A stretch of 64,000 nt of DNA from Ignavibacteria bacterium (GTDB taxonomy: Bacteria > Bacteroidota > Ignavibacteria > Kapaibacteriales > Kapaibacteriaceae): positions 352,778 to 416,777 of the forward strand of contig JACPPD010000003.1 of the NCBI GenBank assembly GCA_016191145.1. Direction: 5' to 3'. Position 1 is the first letter of the stretch. Each line of letters opens with the position of its first letter. Made by a program: the position numbers and the translations under genes. The notes beneath the pieces are model-generated. The model was not told where the DNA came from. It did no database searches and saw nothing but the letters and a program-made list of their open reading frames with translations. This document shows, piece by piece, positions 40,502 through 51,649 of the stretch.

Positions 40502-43386
40502 TCTGCAGTCCTAACAGTTTGCTTACGTCGCATACTCGCAGATCTATCACTAAAAAATGTATTGAGTGCCTTAGCTGTATGAGTATTCAACGAGCTCACC
40601 TGTTTGGGTGTGCCTGTGGCTACGATCTTACCGCCCCGTTCACCGCCATCAGGGCCAATATCAATGATCCAATCCGCAGCCGCCATAACATGAACATTAT
40701 GTTCGATTACGAGAACGGTGTTACCTTTATCAACAAGTTTATCAAATGAGGTAAGAAGAGTTGAGACATCGTGTATATGCAAACCTGTTGTTGGCTCATC
40801 AAAAATGAAAAGTGTATTGCTCTGGCGCTGTGTGTCAAGATAGCTTGCAAGCTTTACGCGTTGTGCCTCGCCCCCTGACAAATGCGTAGAAGGCTGTCCC
40901 AATTGAATATATCCCAACCCCACCTGTTGAAGTACATCGAGCTTCTGCGTGATACGGTTGATACCATCGAAGTGCCGTAGCGCTTCATCAACCGTCATGT
41001 TCAAAACATCGATGATACTTTTTTCCCGGAACAGAATACTGGAGATTTCTTTTTTGTATCTGCTGCCTCCGCAAGTTTCACAAGGCAATTCAATGTCGGA
41101 CAGAAACTGCATTTCAATTGTAACCACACCATTGCCTTCGCAAGTTTCGCAGCGTCCGCCGGAAATGTTAAAAGAAAAATATCCCGGACCCCAACCCAAT
41201 TGTTTCGCAGCTTGAGTGGATGCAAATATGTCTCTGATGTTGTCGAATACTTTTGTATACGTTGCCGGAGTCGACCTTGATGAGCGTCCAATAGGCGATT
41301 GGTCGATCATTTCAACACCGGAAATATTCGCCATGCCTTCAATCCGTTCACAGTTTCCAACTTCGCCGGTGTAGCCTCCGTAAATCCTCTGGATGCCAGC
41401 ATAAATGACGTCGTGAACCAGCGAACTTTTGCCTGAGCCACTAACGCCCGTTACGACGATAAATTTCCCCAGCGGCAATTCAACGTCGTCTCCTTTCAGG
41501 TTATGATGTCTCGGTGCTCTAACAATAACTGACAGGCCATTACCCTTCCTGAATGTAGACTTCACTGCAACCTGTTTGCTGCCTCTGTGGTACTCAGCCG
41601 TAAGAGTAGTTGCATTATTTATCATGTCATCGAAAGAGCCGCTGAACACAACCTGGCCACCATGTTCACCTGCAAGAGGACCGAGATCTACAATGTGATC
41701 CGCAGTGCGAATAACATCCATATCGTGCTCCACAACCACAACAGTATTGCCAAGTGATTTTAGACGGTGGAGTATGTCGAGAAGACGTTGTGTATCGCGT
41801 GGATGTAAGCCGATACTTGGTTCATCCAACACGTATAGTGTTCCAACAAGAGCAGAGCCAAGAGAGGTAGCAAGATTAATGCGCTGAGACTCTCCACCCG
41901 ATAGAGTATGAGATAATCGGTCGAGCGTTAGATAATGCAATCCGATATCGCACATCAGATGGAGTCGGCGTCTTAGTTCAATTAATATTTGTCCCACCAT
42001 CTGCTCTTCGTGTAGTGAAGGCTGATAGGCATCGAAATGGTCACGGGCTTCTGCAAGTGTTAAAGAGACTACCTGTGGAATATTTTTTTCTCCGACAAAT
42101 ACCTGACGTGCAGCGGTTCGAAGTCGCGACCCATTGCATGCGCGGCACCGAGTATATCCACGGTATCGGCTGAGCATAACGCGATAGTGCGTCTTGTAGG
42201 ATTTCTCTTCCAGCATTCTGAAAAAACCGTTAACACCAATGTACTCGCCACTCCCCTCCATCACAATTTCTTGCTGCTCCGGTGTTAGCGTGTAATATGG
42301 CTTGTCGGTGGGCAGTCCGAGCTGTGGTGCAAGCCTAATAAGTGTTCTAAGATGGGACCCAAACGATTCACCGCGGAACGGATGAATAGCGCCTCGTTTT
42401 ATCGACTGGCTCTTGTCTGGAAAGACAAGGCTTTCATCGATTCCAACGCTTCGGCCAAACCCCTGACATGTTGGACATGCACCAAATGGATTGTTAAACG
42501 AAAACAACCGTGGCTCTGGTTCAATGTATTGAGTTTGAGATCGCGCATTTTCAAATTTTGATGAATAATAGGAATCCCTGGCATCTGTTGGCCGATCGAG
42601 TAAACGCACAACAATCCTGCCGCTGCCAACATCAAAAGCCGTCTCCAGCGAATCTGTGAGTCTGCTGATATCCTCAGCATTGTTCTTAACAACAATCCTG
42701 TCTACCAGAACATATACACGAGAAACGTCATCGGATAGTTCCGTTAACTCCTCTAATTCACAGGCAAGATCAGCTTCGCCTATCACCAGCCTTGTGAATC
42801 CACGTGCATAAAGTCCTTCCTTGATTTCGTTCAACGACCCATGCTCGATTGGCAGTGCAGCCATGATATATGCTCGTTGTCCAGTTTCTTGGCTGATGAG
42901 CTGCTGGCATACAGACTCAGGTGTGTCTTTTCTTACAATCTCTCCGCTATCTTTATCGATAACGACTCCGATCCGACCATACAACAGCCGCAGATAATCG
43001 TAGATCTCTGTGGTAGTGGCAACCGTTGAGCGGGGATTTTTGGAGAACGACTGTTGCTGGATAGCAACGGCAGGAGGAAGGCCGGAAATGGAATCAACGT
43101 CGGGCTTGTTCATCCTGTCAAGAAACTGTCGAGCATAGACGCTCAACGATTCAACAAAGCGCCTTTGGCCTTCGGCGTAGAGAGTATCGAAAGCAAGCGA
43201 GCTCTTGCCCGACCCGCTAAGCCCGGTGATTACCGTAAGGGAGTTCCGACGGATGTCTACATCAACATTTTTGAGATTATTAACTCTGGCGCCGCGGATA
43301 GCGATCACCTTGGAATTGTGCTTTACCTGATCCATCTCACGAATCTGTTTCACAACTGATGTATTCACACATTCATTCGTAACCAA
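40498..43386 (-). CDS. uvrA: Excinuclease ABC subunit A
   Basis: Two ABC ATPase modules (GLSGSGKSSLAF, GVSGSGKSSLV), Zn-finger CxxC pairs, 962 aa. The true start is possibly MDQVKHN (~43335). Confidence 0.9.
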   Translation of the reverse strand: MVTNECVNTSVVKQIREMDQVKHNSKVIAIRGARVNNLKNVDVDIRRNSLTVITGLSGSGKSSLAFDTLYAEGQRRFVESLSVYARQFLDRMNKPDVDSISGLPPAVAIQQQSFSKNPRSTVATTTEIYDYLRLLYGRIGVVIDKDSGEIVRKDTPESVCQQLISQETGQRAYIMAALPIEHGSLNEIKEGLYARGFTRLVIGEADLACELEELTELSDDVSRVYVLVDRIVVKNNAEDISRLTDSLETAFDVGSGRIVVRLLDRPTDARDSYYSSKFENARSQTQYIEPEPRLFSFNNPFGACPTCQGFGRSVGIDESLVFPDKSQSIKRGAIHPFRGESFGSHLRTLIRLAPQLGLPTDKPYYTLTPEQQEIVMEGSGEYIGVNGFFRMLEEKSYKTHYRVMLSRYRGYTRCRACNGSRLRTAARQVFVGEKNIPQVVSLTLAEARDHFDAYQPSLHEEQMVGQILIELRRRLHLMCDIGLHYLTLDRLSHTLSGGESQRINLATSLGSALVGTLYVLDEPSIGLHPRDTQRLLDILHRLKSLGNTVVVVEHDMDVIRTADHIVDLGPLAGEHGGQVVFSGSFDDMINNATTLTAEYHRGSKQVAVKSTFRKGNGLSVIVRAPRHHNLKGDDVELPLGKFIVVTGVSGSGKSSLVHDVIYAGIQRIYGGYTGEVGNCERIEGMANISGVEMIDQSPIGRSSRSTPATYTKVFDNIRDIFASTQAAKQLGWGPGYFSFNISGGRCETCEGNGVVTIEMQFLSDIELPCETCGGSRYKKEISSILFREKSIIDVLNMTVDEALRHFDGINRITQKLDVLQQVGLGYIQLGQPSTHLSGGEAQRVKLASYLDTQRQSNTLFIFDEPTTGLHIHDVSTLLTSFDKLVDKGNTVLVIEHNVHVMAAADWIIDIGPDGGERGGKIVATGTPKQVSSLNTHTAKALNTFFSDRSASMRRKQTVRTAE

Positions 43387-43476
43387 ACGGCTAAATTACA
43401 CCAACTTTCCTGTCACTTTTGAGCCCAAATACTGTTCTTCTTTGGCACACCCCTTGCTTGGTGTAAAACCAGTGCA

Positions 43477-43484
43477 TAATTTTG
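43477..43484 (+). promoter_or_regulatory. Candidate FCB-type -7 promoter element (TAATTTTG = TAnnTTTG) upstream of rpmB
   Basis: A motif matching the Bacteroidetes-type sigma-A -7 consensus lies ~40 nt upstream of the rpmB ATG in the uvrA/rpmB divergent region. Confidence 0.3.
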
Positions 43485-43524
43485 TCGTTTGTTTCAAAAA
43501 CCACTTTGAAAGTGAGTCTCAATC

Positions 43525-43746
43525 ATGGCTCGTCGTTGTGAGCTGACCGGTGTCGGCGTGATGTATGGCAATAACGTCTCTCACGCCAATAACAAGACCA
43601 GGCGTCGGTTCCTCCCTAACCTGCAAAAGAAGCGTATCTGGGTGCCTGAGGAAGGTCGCTGGGTGACGGTAAAGGTTACCACCAGCGCTCTCAAGACACT
43701 CGATAAAATCGGGTACACTGCAATGAAGAATCGCGTGCACAAATAA
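43525..43746 (+). CDS. rpmB: 50S ribosomal protein L28
   Basis: [37 protein letters not shown] is a canonical bL28 sequence. Confidence 0.85.
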   Translation: MARRCELTGVGVMYGNNVSHANNKTRRRFLPNLQKKRIWVPEEGRWVTVKVTTSALKTLDKIGYTAMKNRVHK

Positions 43747-43769
43747 TTACCCGAAACGTTTTAACAAAA

Positions 43770-43794
43770 GGCCGCCATTCGCGGCCTTTTTTTT
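43770..43794 (+). terminator. Rho-independent terminator after rpmB
   Basis: GGCCGC-cattc-GCGGCC hairpin followed by TTTTTTTT. It is preceded by AAAA, so it may act bidirectionally. Confidence 0.65.
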
Positions 43795-43803
43795 GCAAGG
43801 CGA

Positions 43804-45399
43804 ATGATTCGGCGATTTTGTTCGTCACTACACAAGATGAATCTCGCGTTAATCGTTACCATTCTCCCCTTATCCTATGGGATTGTTATTGGTCAGGGGG
43901 CTCGCACACCTTCCGATTCGGCGCGCCAGCATTTCATTAATGGTACTTCCCTTCAGATTCAGGGGAACAGACATGCCGAAGCTATCCTTGAGTTTCAGGA
44001 GTCTCTCGAATACGATAGTTCCGCTATTTGTTTAACAGCAATGGCAAGGTCGTATCTGGAGTTGAGACGCCTAAACCAAGCCGAAGAACACGTAGAGCAT
44101 GCTCTGCGGATCGATCCGCGGCTTCGCGATGCCTGGGAAGTTTTATCGGAGGTAATGATTGCCAGCGGACGCTATGATGAAGGAATTAAAGCATACGAGC
44201 ATATACTTGATTTAGAGCCAACAAACCGACAGCTCTATACACTCGGAAGATTATACGAACCACGGGATGCACGTAAAGCTATATCGGTATTCAAACGGCT
44301 TGCTGCATCTGAACAAAGTTCATCGCTTCACCTCAGAATTGCCGACCTGTATAAGCGAATTCGCGATAAAGATGGGTGGTTAGAAGAGATTCGTAAAGCC
44401 CACAGCTTGGACGAGGACAACGCCGAAGCGGCGACTGCGGCTATTCAGGCTTATACTGAATTTGGCATGTTACCCGATGCCAGAGCCATTGCATACAGAT
44501 GGCTTCAATTATATCCCCGTTCGGAATCTACACTCAAGGTATGGTCGACATTTCTCCAGTCGCTGCTAGCCGATAGTCTCCTTGCTAATCTTTTTGATGA
44601 TGATGTATCGGCTGTTCTGAAAGAATGTGAACATTCATTTGCATGGAATGGCTTCATTTCAATGTTGAGCGGCGCTGTAGCACTTGAAGTAAAGGATACT
44701 CGCACTGCAGGCACCCTATTCGACGCGGCGGCAAATAAAGTCTCGTCAAATCCAGACTACCTGCTTCAAATTGCCATGCTGTACAGGTCAAATGATTATT
44801 TTTTGGAAGCGATCGACTTTCTAAAAAAATGGAAACCGACATCGTACAAGGACCCACGCTTTAACCTCCTTACCGCAGAGTGCCTGATTCGCCTTGAGCG
44901 CGAAGATGCTGCAGAGGATGAATACAGAATCGCTCTTGCCATAGATTCCACTCTGATCGAAGCTTGGCTCCAGATTGCGCTTATTCACGATAACCGCCAG
45001 GATTTTCCGACGGCAATTGTTTCCTATGAGCGCGCATTATTGCTGGATCCGGACAATTCCCTGGCAAATAACAACTATGCTTACAGCATTGCTGTGCGCG
45101 GCGGAGATATGCAGAGAGCACGAGATATGGCATGGCGAGCAGTGCGGCAATACCCGACGAATCCTGCCTACCTTGATACCTATGCCTGGGTGCTCTATCG
45201 GGATGGTGAGACTGAGAAGGCACTGATCTATATCAGAAAAGCTGTTGAGTCTGGCGGCAGCGCAACACATTATGAGCATTTGGGCGATATACTCGAAACA
45301 AATGGTGATATCGATGGAGCTGTTAGAGCATGGGAAACAGCGCTTGCACGAGATCCTGAACGCGTATACCTTCGTGCAAGAATTGATCGCTATCGTTAA
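43804..45399 (+). CDS. TPR-repeat protein (secreted/lipoprotein-like)
   Basis: N-terminal hydrophobic segment and multiple 34-aa TPR-like repeats (AW..LG..Y...G.Y..A...). Confidence 0.6.
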   Translation: MIRRFCSSLHKMNLALIVTILPLSYGIVIGQGARTPSDSARQHFINGTSLQIQGNRHAEAILEFQESLEYDSSAICLTAMARSYLELRRLNQAEEHVEHALRIDPRLRDAWEVLSEVMIASGRYDEGIKAYEHILDLEPTNRQLYTLGRLYEPRDARKAISVFKRLAASEQSSSLHLRIADLYKRIRDKDGWLEEIRKAHSLDEDNAEAATAAIQAYTEFGMLPDARAIAYRWLQLYPRSESTLKVWSTFLQSLLADSLLANLFDDDVSAVLKECEHSFAWNGFISMLSGAVALEVKDTRTAGTLFDAAANKVSSNPDYLLQIAMLYRSNDYFLEAIDFLKKWKPTSYKDPRFNLLTAECLIRLEREDAAEDEYRIALAIDSTLIEAWLQIALIHDNRQDFPTAIVSYERALLLDPDNSLANNNYAYSIAVRGGDMQRARDMAWRAVRQYPTNPAYLDTYAWVLYRDGETEKALIYIRKAVESGGSATHYEHLGDILETNGDIDGAVRAWETALARDPERVYLRARIDRYR

Positions 45400-45426
45400 C
45401 TCCTTAGGGCGTATCACGGATTACCT

Positions 45427-45618
45427 ATGAATTATACAAGCACAGATCCACTCGACTATGAAATACTCATACGACGCAGGAGTGAAACTGACTATGCAAG
45501 CTATTGCCCACAGCTTGCCTTTATGATTAAAGGCACATCGCATGAAGAAGTTGAAAATGCGATGAAGGAATATGTTCTTAAGTATATCGAATCATTGAAA
45601 CAGCAAATACAGGAATGA
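45427..45618 (+). CDS. HicB-like (UPF0150) small protein
   Basis: 63 aa. YEILIRRRSETDYASYCPQLAFMIKGTSHEEVENAMKEYVLKYIESL matches the HicB/UPF0150 antitoxin-like fold pattern. No hicA is adjacent. Confidence 0.45.
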   Translation: MNYTSTDPLDYEILIRRRSETDYASYCPQLAFMIKGTSHEEVENAMKEYVLKYIESLKQQIQE

Positions 45619-46496
45619 TGCTTTCGTGGGGCTCGAAACCTGCCACGCTATCAAGGGGGCCAATCATTGAGTCATGGTGGCTTCGCATCGTCTTAACTAT
45701 TCTGAGTCTCGCAGGTGGCGGTATAGTGTCTGTTGTATCTTTTTCAGATGAGAACTTTGTTATCATTTCTATATATGAGATTCTCACAATATCTATGATT
45801 GGAATCGAACTGCTGCGCCACAACGGTTCTGTGAGATCGTCAGGTATTGGACTTACTCGAAACACTGCTTCGATATTTGCAGTAGCAGGGCTGTTCGCCG
45901 TTGTAATTCTTGGCTTCATCTTAATTGTATCATTACTTCTTGGTGGAACATTATCTGTTCCGACGCCTCAGGTATCCTTTGTCGGACTGGCGATTCTTGT
46001 TGTGTCGAGTGCGGGAGAAGAAGTAGTGTTCCGAGGCACAATTTTTCAGGCGCTGTTGGAACGATTTGGTCCGGCTACAGCTATTATTTCAACCTCCACT
46101 TTGTTTGGCTTAGCACATTCAGTGAATCCCGGTATCTCAGCTCTGGCAATAATCAATGTTGTGCTGGCTGGCGTCGTGCTGGGATCCTTGGTTGTAAAAA
46201 CTCAATCACTATGGTCGGCAATCTCGTTTCATGTTGTGTGGAATGGCTGCGTCTACCTCTTCATTGGCAGTGTAAGCGGACATGCATTCCAGCCGGTTAT
46301 TTCAACGTTAGATTCGTCGTCTATTCCGGATGAATTGTTATGGTTGGTTTCAGGACCGTTTGGTGTGGAGCAAGGGTTGCTGACTACAGTACTGTTAGCG
46401 TTTGCTATTCCGTCAGTATTTAGAGTAATGAAAACCGATTTCGATATAACCAAAGCGCGTATAGAAAGGAATGCGGCAGCATATCCGGCAGCATGA
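45615..46496 (+). CDS. CPBP family intramembrane glutamic endopeptidase (CAAX protease-like)
   Basis: EEVVFRGTIFQALL (the EExxxR motif), FGLAHS and H...N motifs, multi-TM. The start overlaps the HicB-like stop (ATGA). Confidence 0.7.
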   Translation: MMLSWGSKPATLSRGPIIESWWLRIVLTILSLAGGGIVSVVSFSDENFVIISIYEILTISMIGIELLRHNGSVRSSGIGLTRNTASIFAVAGLFAVVILGFILIVSLLLGGTLSVPTPQVSFVGLAILVVSSAGEEVVFRGTIFQALLERFGPATAIISTSTLFGLAHSVNPGISALAIINVVLAGVVLGSLVVKTQSLWSAISFHVVWNGCVYLFIGSVSGHAFQPVISTLDSSSIPDELLWLVSGPFGVEQGLLTTVLLAFAIPSVFRVMKTDFDITKARIERNAAAYPAA

Positions 46497-47656
46497 CGTC
46501 ATTTCACAAGAACATATTCATTCTTACCATGTTCCTCTCATTGACGTCAGCCAATGCGTTTGCACAATGGGTGTTCATGAAGTCAGACGGTGACAGTCTG
46601 GTTAACGTTGGCATCGACGCTATTTACAACGTGGAGTTTGAAAAAGCACATACCAATTTTGAGCGAGTGATACAAATGTATCCCGAACATCCGGCGGGAT
46701 ATTTTATGGATGCAATGATAGACTGGTGGAAGATTGTGCTCGACACCCGAAGTCGGTCTAATGATGCTCAGTTTGAACGTAAAATTCAGCGTGTTCTGGA
46801 TCTCTGCGATCGCATCCTGGACCATTATCCAAATGACATCGTTGCACTGTTTTTCAGGGGAGGCTCGCTTGGATTCATCGGAAGATTCTATGCGATGCGG
46901 AAGAATTACCTTGATGCTGCATCAACTGGCAAGGAAGCACTCGATGTGCTCACTGCATGTCAGAAACTTGCGCCGGGCAATCACGATATCATGTTGGGAA
47001 CAGGCATCTACAACTACTATGCTGCCATCTTTCCAGAAAAATACCCTGTCCTAAAACCGTTGATGATGTTTCTTCCGAGAGGCGACAGAGAACTCGGTTT
47101 GCTCCAGTTAAAAGCTGCTGCTGCACAGGCTCGATACGCATCGGTTGAGGCTAAAGTGCTTCTGATTAGCGCATACTATGAATTTGAACAAAACGCAAGC
47201 GCTGCCTATCCGTATGCGTTGGATCTGGCAACAAAGTATCCAAACAATCCTTCGTTTCAGCGCTGGCTGGGAAGGTGTCTTGTCAGGCTGGGTAAGCTTG
47301 ACACGATGGAAATTGTTTGGCGAAGGATCATCCTCAACTATATGGACAAGCGATATGGTTACGATATGTATGCCGCCCGGGAAGCGCTGTACTACATTGG
47401 GCTGGGACGAATGTTTGCCCGTGATTATGATATCGCATTGAAATATTTTTATAAATGTGATGAAGCCAGCAGGACACTGGATACGGAAGGTCCTTCCGGC
47501 TTCATGGTTAAACTAAATATGAAGGTCGGTCAGATTTATGATTTGCAAGGCAAGAGGGCTCTCGCAATTGAACAATACAAAAAGGTTTTGTCGTTTAATG
47601 AATATGAAACCTCTCACGACGATGCCAATAGGTATCTTCAAACACCATTCAGATAA
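46493..47656 (+). CDS. Secreted TPR-like/helical repeat protein
   Basis: Signal peptide [25 protein letters not shown] and a helical-repeat composition. It overlaps the CPBP stop by 4 nt. Confidence 0.45.
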   Translation: MTSFHKNIFILTMFLSLTSANAFAQWVFMKSDGDSLVNVGIDAIYNVEFEKAHTNFERVIQMYPEHPAGYFMDAMIDWWKIVLDTRSRSNDAQFERKIQRVLDLCDRILDHYPNDIVALFFRGGSLGFIGRFYAMRKNYLDAASTGKEALDVLTACQKLAPGNHDIMLGTGIYNYYAAIFPEKYPVLKPLMMFLPRGDRELGLLQLKAAAAQARYASVEAKVLLISAYYEFEQNASAAYPYALDLATKYPNNPSFQRWLGRCLVRLGKLDTMEIVWRRIILNYMDKRYGYDMYAAREALYYIGLGRMFARDYDIALKYFYKCDEASRTLDTEGPSGFMVKLNMKVGQIYDLQGKRALAIEQYKKVLSFNEYETSHDDANRYLQTPFR

Positions 47657-47691
47657 TCCATCGATGGCAGCAACTCCCCTATTTTTGCTGG

Positions 47692-49815
47692 ATGAAACCA
47701 ATTCTCGATGAATGGGCGAGACAGGCGCAGAAGGAACTTGGAAATAAGAGTTTAGATGGGCTTACTACGGAATCGATCGAAGGTATCGCAATAAGGCCGC
47801 TGTATACGGCTGCCGATTTAGAACAGCTCGAATCACATATCGGAATGCCCGGTATCCATCCGTTTGTAAGGGGCCCGTATGCAACAATGTATACGAATCG
47901 AATGTGGACTGTACGGCAGTATGCCGGCTTTAGCACAGCCCAGGAATCAAACGCTTTTTACAAGCAGGCGTTGAGCAACGGTCAACGCGGACTCTCTGTA
48001 GCCTTCGACCTAGCAACACATCGCGGATACGATAGCGATCACCCTCGAGTTGTGGGCGATGTTGGTAAGGCTGGCGTTGCAGTCGACACAGTCGAAGACA
48101 TGAAAGCCCTATTTGAAGGTATCCCCCTGAAAGAAATCAGCGTTTCGATGACGATGAACGGAGCCGTTATTCCCATCATGGCAATGTTCATCGTAGCAGC
48201 CGAAGAACAAAGCGTGGGGTTGGATGCGTTGAGCGGAACCATACAGAACGATATCCTAAAAGAATTTATGGTACGAAACACGTACATATACCCTCCTCTG
48301 CCATCTATGCGCATCACTGCCGACGTAATAGAGTTCGCTAGTAAGTATATGCCCCGCTTTAATTCAATTTCCATTTCGGGCTATCACATGCACGAAGCCG
48401 GAGCAACTGCAGTACAAGAGCTGGCTTTTACTATTGCAGACGGGCTCGAATATGTTCGTACTGTGGTGCAAAGAGGTATGGACGTTGATGCCTTTGCACC
48501 TCGTCTGTCGTTCTTCTTTGCAGTCGGTATGAATTTCTTTATGGAAATTGCAAAACTGAGGGCAGCAAGACGATTGTGGGCCGAGAAGATGAGTGAATTC
48601 AAACCAGGGAAGAAGGAGTCTACCATCCTCAGAACCCACTGTCAAACTTCCGGTTGGTCCCTGGCTGCTCAGGACCCATATAACAATGTGGTTCGTACAA
48701 CCATCGAAGCAATGGCAGCAGTTCTCGGCGGAACACAGTCGCTGCATACAAACTCTTTCGACGAAGCGCTGGGTTTACCAACCCAAGATTCCGCACGAAT
48801 TGCGCGAAATACACAGCTCATCATCGCTCAAGAGAGCCATGTTGCCGATGTAATTGATCCTCTTGGAGGGTCATATTTTGTTGAGTCCCTTACGAATTCG
48901 CTTGTTAAAGCTGCTGAATCCTTACTCGATGAAATTGAATCGTACGGAGGTATGACTAAGGCCATCCTTGCAGGGATACCAAAGATGAAGATTGAAGAAG
49001 CTTCTGCGCGGCGCCAGGCCAGAATAGACCGGAGTATCGAAAAAATCGTCGGCGTGAATGCATACGCTGTGGATGACGAACCCGAGATCGAGATTTTATC
49101 AATTGACAATGCAGTGGTTCGTCAAACACAAATTAATAATATTGAGAAAGTGAAGTCTAAACGAGATACTAAACAAGTTCAACAGAGTCTTGAAGCATTA
49201 ACGGAAGCGTGCCGCTCGGATGATAAAAATCTCTTGGAATATGCTATTGAATGCGCAAGGGTACGGGCAACACTTGGCGAAATTTCCGAGGCAATGGCAA
49301 CTGTATTCACCCGATACGAGGCAGGTACTGTGGCAATTGAAGGTGTGTTTAGTTCAGAATATTCCAACGACGCCGAATTCGCCGCTGTTCACGCCGAAGT
49401 TGTACGCTTCGAACAGGACTACGGCAGACGTCCGCGGATTTTAGTTGTAAAACTTGGTCAGGACGGACACGACCGAGGCGCAAAGGTTATCGCTACATCG
49501 TTCGCGGATTTGGGGTTCGACGTCGACCTTGGGCCATTATTCTCCACTCCGCAAGAAGCTGCACGATTGGCATCGGACAACGACGTACACGTTGTAGGAG
49601 TATCCAGCCAGGCTGCCGGGCATCTTACGCTTATCCCGCAGCTAATCGAAGCGTTAAAGGCTGAGGGCGCTCCTAACATCGTTGTTGTAGCTGGAGGTGT
49701 TATACCCACAAAGGATTACAAGGTTCTGGAATCAGCAGGTGTTGCATGTGTGTTCGGCCCTGGAACAAACATTCTCAAAGCCGCTAAACAAGTCCTTGCG
49801 GCTATCAGGAAATGA
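47692..49815 (+). CDS. Methylmalonyl-CoA mutase, single-chain (TIM-barrel substrate domain + C-terminal B12-binding domain)
   Basis: 707 aa. [22 protein letters not shown] and the rest of the N-terminal MCM TIM-barrel. C-terminal [21 protein letters not shown] (the DxHxxG cobalamin-binding motif). Confidence 0.85.
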   Translation: MKPILDEWARQAQKELGNKSLDGLTTESIEGIAIRPLYTAADLEQLESHIGMPGIHPFVRGPYATMYTNRMWTVRQYAGFSTAQESNAFYKQALSNGQRGLSVAFDLATHRGYDSDHPRVVGDVGKAGVAVDTVEDMKALFEGIPLKEISVSMTMNGAVIPIMAMFIVAAEEQSVGLDALSGTIQNDILKEFMVRNTYIYPPLPSMRITADVIEFASKYMPRFNSISISGYHMHEAGATAVQELAFTIADGLEYVRTVVQRGMDVDAFAPRLSFFFAVGMNFFMEIAKLRAARRLWAEKMSEFKPGKKESTILRTHCQTSGWSLAAQDPYNNVVRTTIEAMAAVLGGTQSLHTNSFDEALGLPTQDSARIARNTQLIIAQESHVADVIDPLGGSYFVESLTNSLVKAAESLLDEIESYGGMTKAILAGIPKMKIEEASARRQARIDRSIEKIVGVNAYAVDDEPEIEILSIDNAVVRQTQINNIEKVKSKRDTKQVQQSLEALTEACRSDDKNLLEYAIECARVRATLGEISEAMATVFTRYEAGTVAIEGVFSSEYSNDAEFAAVHAEVVRFEQDYGRRPRILVVKLGQDGHDRGAKVIATSFADLGFDVDLGPLFSTPQEAARLASDNDVHVVGVSSQAAGHLTLIPQLIEALKAEGAPNIVVVAGGVIPTKDYKVLESAGVACVFGPGTNILKAAKQVLAAIRK

Positions 49816-50723
49816 TTGCTGCCGGAATCGACATTGGTACGAACACCATTCTCATGGTGATTGGAAGGAACGAGGGGAATGCTAATAATATTGATGAATG
49901 GGAAATTCTAGCTGATGAGCAACGATTCCCGCGCCTCGGAGAGGGACTGTCTGTTAACGGTTTAATTTCCGGCGCCGCACTGTTGAGAGCCAGCTGCGTT
50001 CTCGAAGAATACAAAATGCTCCTGTCTGAATACGGTGTTGAACGCTGTAGGGCAGTGGCAACTGCTTCATTGCGAAACGCCTTGAATGCTACCGAAGTGC
50101 AAATGCAGCTTCAGACTTCATTAGGAAAATCAGTTGAAATAATTGATGGAATTACGGAAGGTACTCTGACGTTTCAAGGTAGCATTACATTCAGCAGCCA
50201 CGATTCAATTCTGTTAGATATAGGTGGTGGAAGTACAGAGTTTGTAAGGGGCTCGTACGGAGTAGTTGGCAGCGTTAAAAGTATTGATATTGGAGTAGTT
50301 AACCTAACCAATAAATACGTCGTGAAGCGCCCCCTTCACGATGACCTGATACAGGAGATTCGTAATGATGTTTACCTGAAGCTGCACGAACATATTCCTG
50401 AACTTTATCGAACTGGCACAAGACTTGTTGGAGTTGCAGGGACAGCAACCGCTCTTGCCATGATAAACATTGGTGCGAAATCGTATAATTCTTCTGAAAT
50501 TAGCCGAGTCGTCCTCATTGATTCAGTGGTCCATACGCTTTCTGAGCGTCTGCTGAGGAGTTCACTGGATGAACTTCACAAGCTTGAAGGTATCGATGAA
50601 ATGAGGGCCGATGTGCTGCCGATGGGTTCGTTGATACTTGACGAGTCTATGAAATTTTTGAAAGCACATGAATGTCAGGTTAGTACTCGCGGATTACGCT
50701 TTGGAGTTCTGCTGACTGCATAG
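49812..50723 (+). CDS. Ppx/GppA-family phosphatase N-terminal (actin-like ATPase fold) protein
   Basis: [18 protein letters not shown]...[12 protein letters not shown] second motif, DIGGGSTEF, is typical of Ppx/GppA. 303 aa, so a single N-domain only. Confidence 0.55.
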   Translation: MIAAGIDIGTNTILMVIGRNEGNANNIDEWEILADEQRFPRLGEGLSVNGLISGAALLRASCVLEEYKMLLSEYGVERCRAVATASLRNALNATEVQMQLQTSLGKSVEIIDGITEGTLTFQGSITFSSHDSILLDIGGGSTEFVRGSYGVVGSVKSIDIGVVNLTNKYVVKRPLHDDLIQEIRNDVYLKLHEHIPELYRTGTRLVGVAGTATALAMINIGAKSYNSSEISRVVLIDSVVHTLSERLLRSSLDELHKLEGIDEMRADVLPMGSLILDESMKFLKAHECQVSTRGLRFGVLLTA

Positions 50724-50758
50724 GTGTTTGCTTTGTCACAGTTTCCATGTGAGGTTAT

Positions 50759-51649
50759 GTGATAATCTTGTCAATACTGCTTCTGTTGATGTGTTCTGTA
50801 AATGCATCTTCTGCCGATTCCACATACGTTCTGCGGTACGATTTGTCTGTAGGAACCTCTTACACATACCACATTGTAACCGACCAGTTCAACGTACCGA
50901 ACTCCACGGTGCGCCTGCATTCGAGGCTTCGGCTCGACGTGCTCAGTCGCGATGCATCATCCAACCTGCTTTGCAGACTTAAGCTCTCTACCGATACGCT
51001 GTTTAGAGACGATGAGAGTCCGGCATTTCGTCCGTCGGGCCGCCTAACATTCGCTGGCAACAAGTTGTATTCGGGCGTGGGATACCTAGATCTGCTATTT
51101 GATGAGTTTGGTCACATCATCAGAAGCAGACACGTAATGTCGGATGTCGATTCTGTCGATGCGCTTCAGTCTTCAACCCAACGCACAATGGATGCCGGCG
51201 CTCCTGGAACCACTGAAGATGTAGGACCCTATGGAGTAAATCTCGTGATTCCTAAAATCCCGGATGTCGCTGAGATCTATTTAAATCGCGAGTACGTTGA
51301 TACTATCCTGTTTTCATCTCGAGTAGTTCACATGCCCACCAACTACGGATCGTCGGGCACATCGGAACGCAAACAATACTACGACACGCTATTGCGTACA
51401 AGCAGGCTCGATTCTACGTGCACTGACGAGGAAGGACGCATGTTTGGATATATGACTCTGAGTGGTGAACGACGAAACGCGTTCGGTGCGAGATTTCAAT
51501 TGTCGACATGGTTAATTCGCGACATGCGCTCCGGCCTCATCACCTACATTTCTGAGACGTGCAAATTCAAGAAGAAAGGCAGGTGGCAGGATTACTACAA
51601 GGTCAACGCAGAGCTTATTGACGTCCACAAACTTTCAGGCAAGTATTGA
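50759..51649 (+). CDS. Hypothetical secreted protein
   Basis: Signal peptide MIILSILLLLMCSVNASSA. No family recognised. It overlaps the sucA/odhA stop convergently by 15 nt. Confidence 0.4.
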   Translation: MIILSILLLLMCSVNASSADSTYVLRYDLSVGTSYTYHIVTDQFNVPNSTVRLHSRLRLDVLSRDASSNLLCRLKLSTDTLFRDDESPAFRPSGRLTFAGNKLYSGVGYLDLLFDEFGHIIRSRHVMSDVDSVDALQSSTQRTMDAGAPGTTEDVGPYGVNLVIPKIPDVAEIYLNREYVDTILFSSRVVHMPTNYGSSGTSERKQYYDTLLRTSRLDSTCTDEEGRMFGYMTLSGERRNAFGARFQLSTWLIRDMRSGLITYISETCKFKKKGRWQDYYKVNAELIDVHKLSGKY

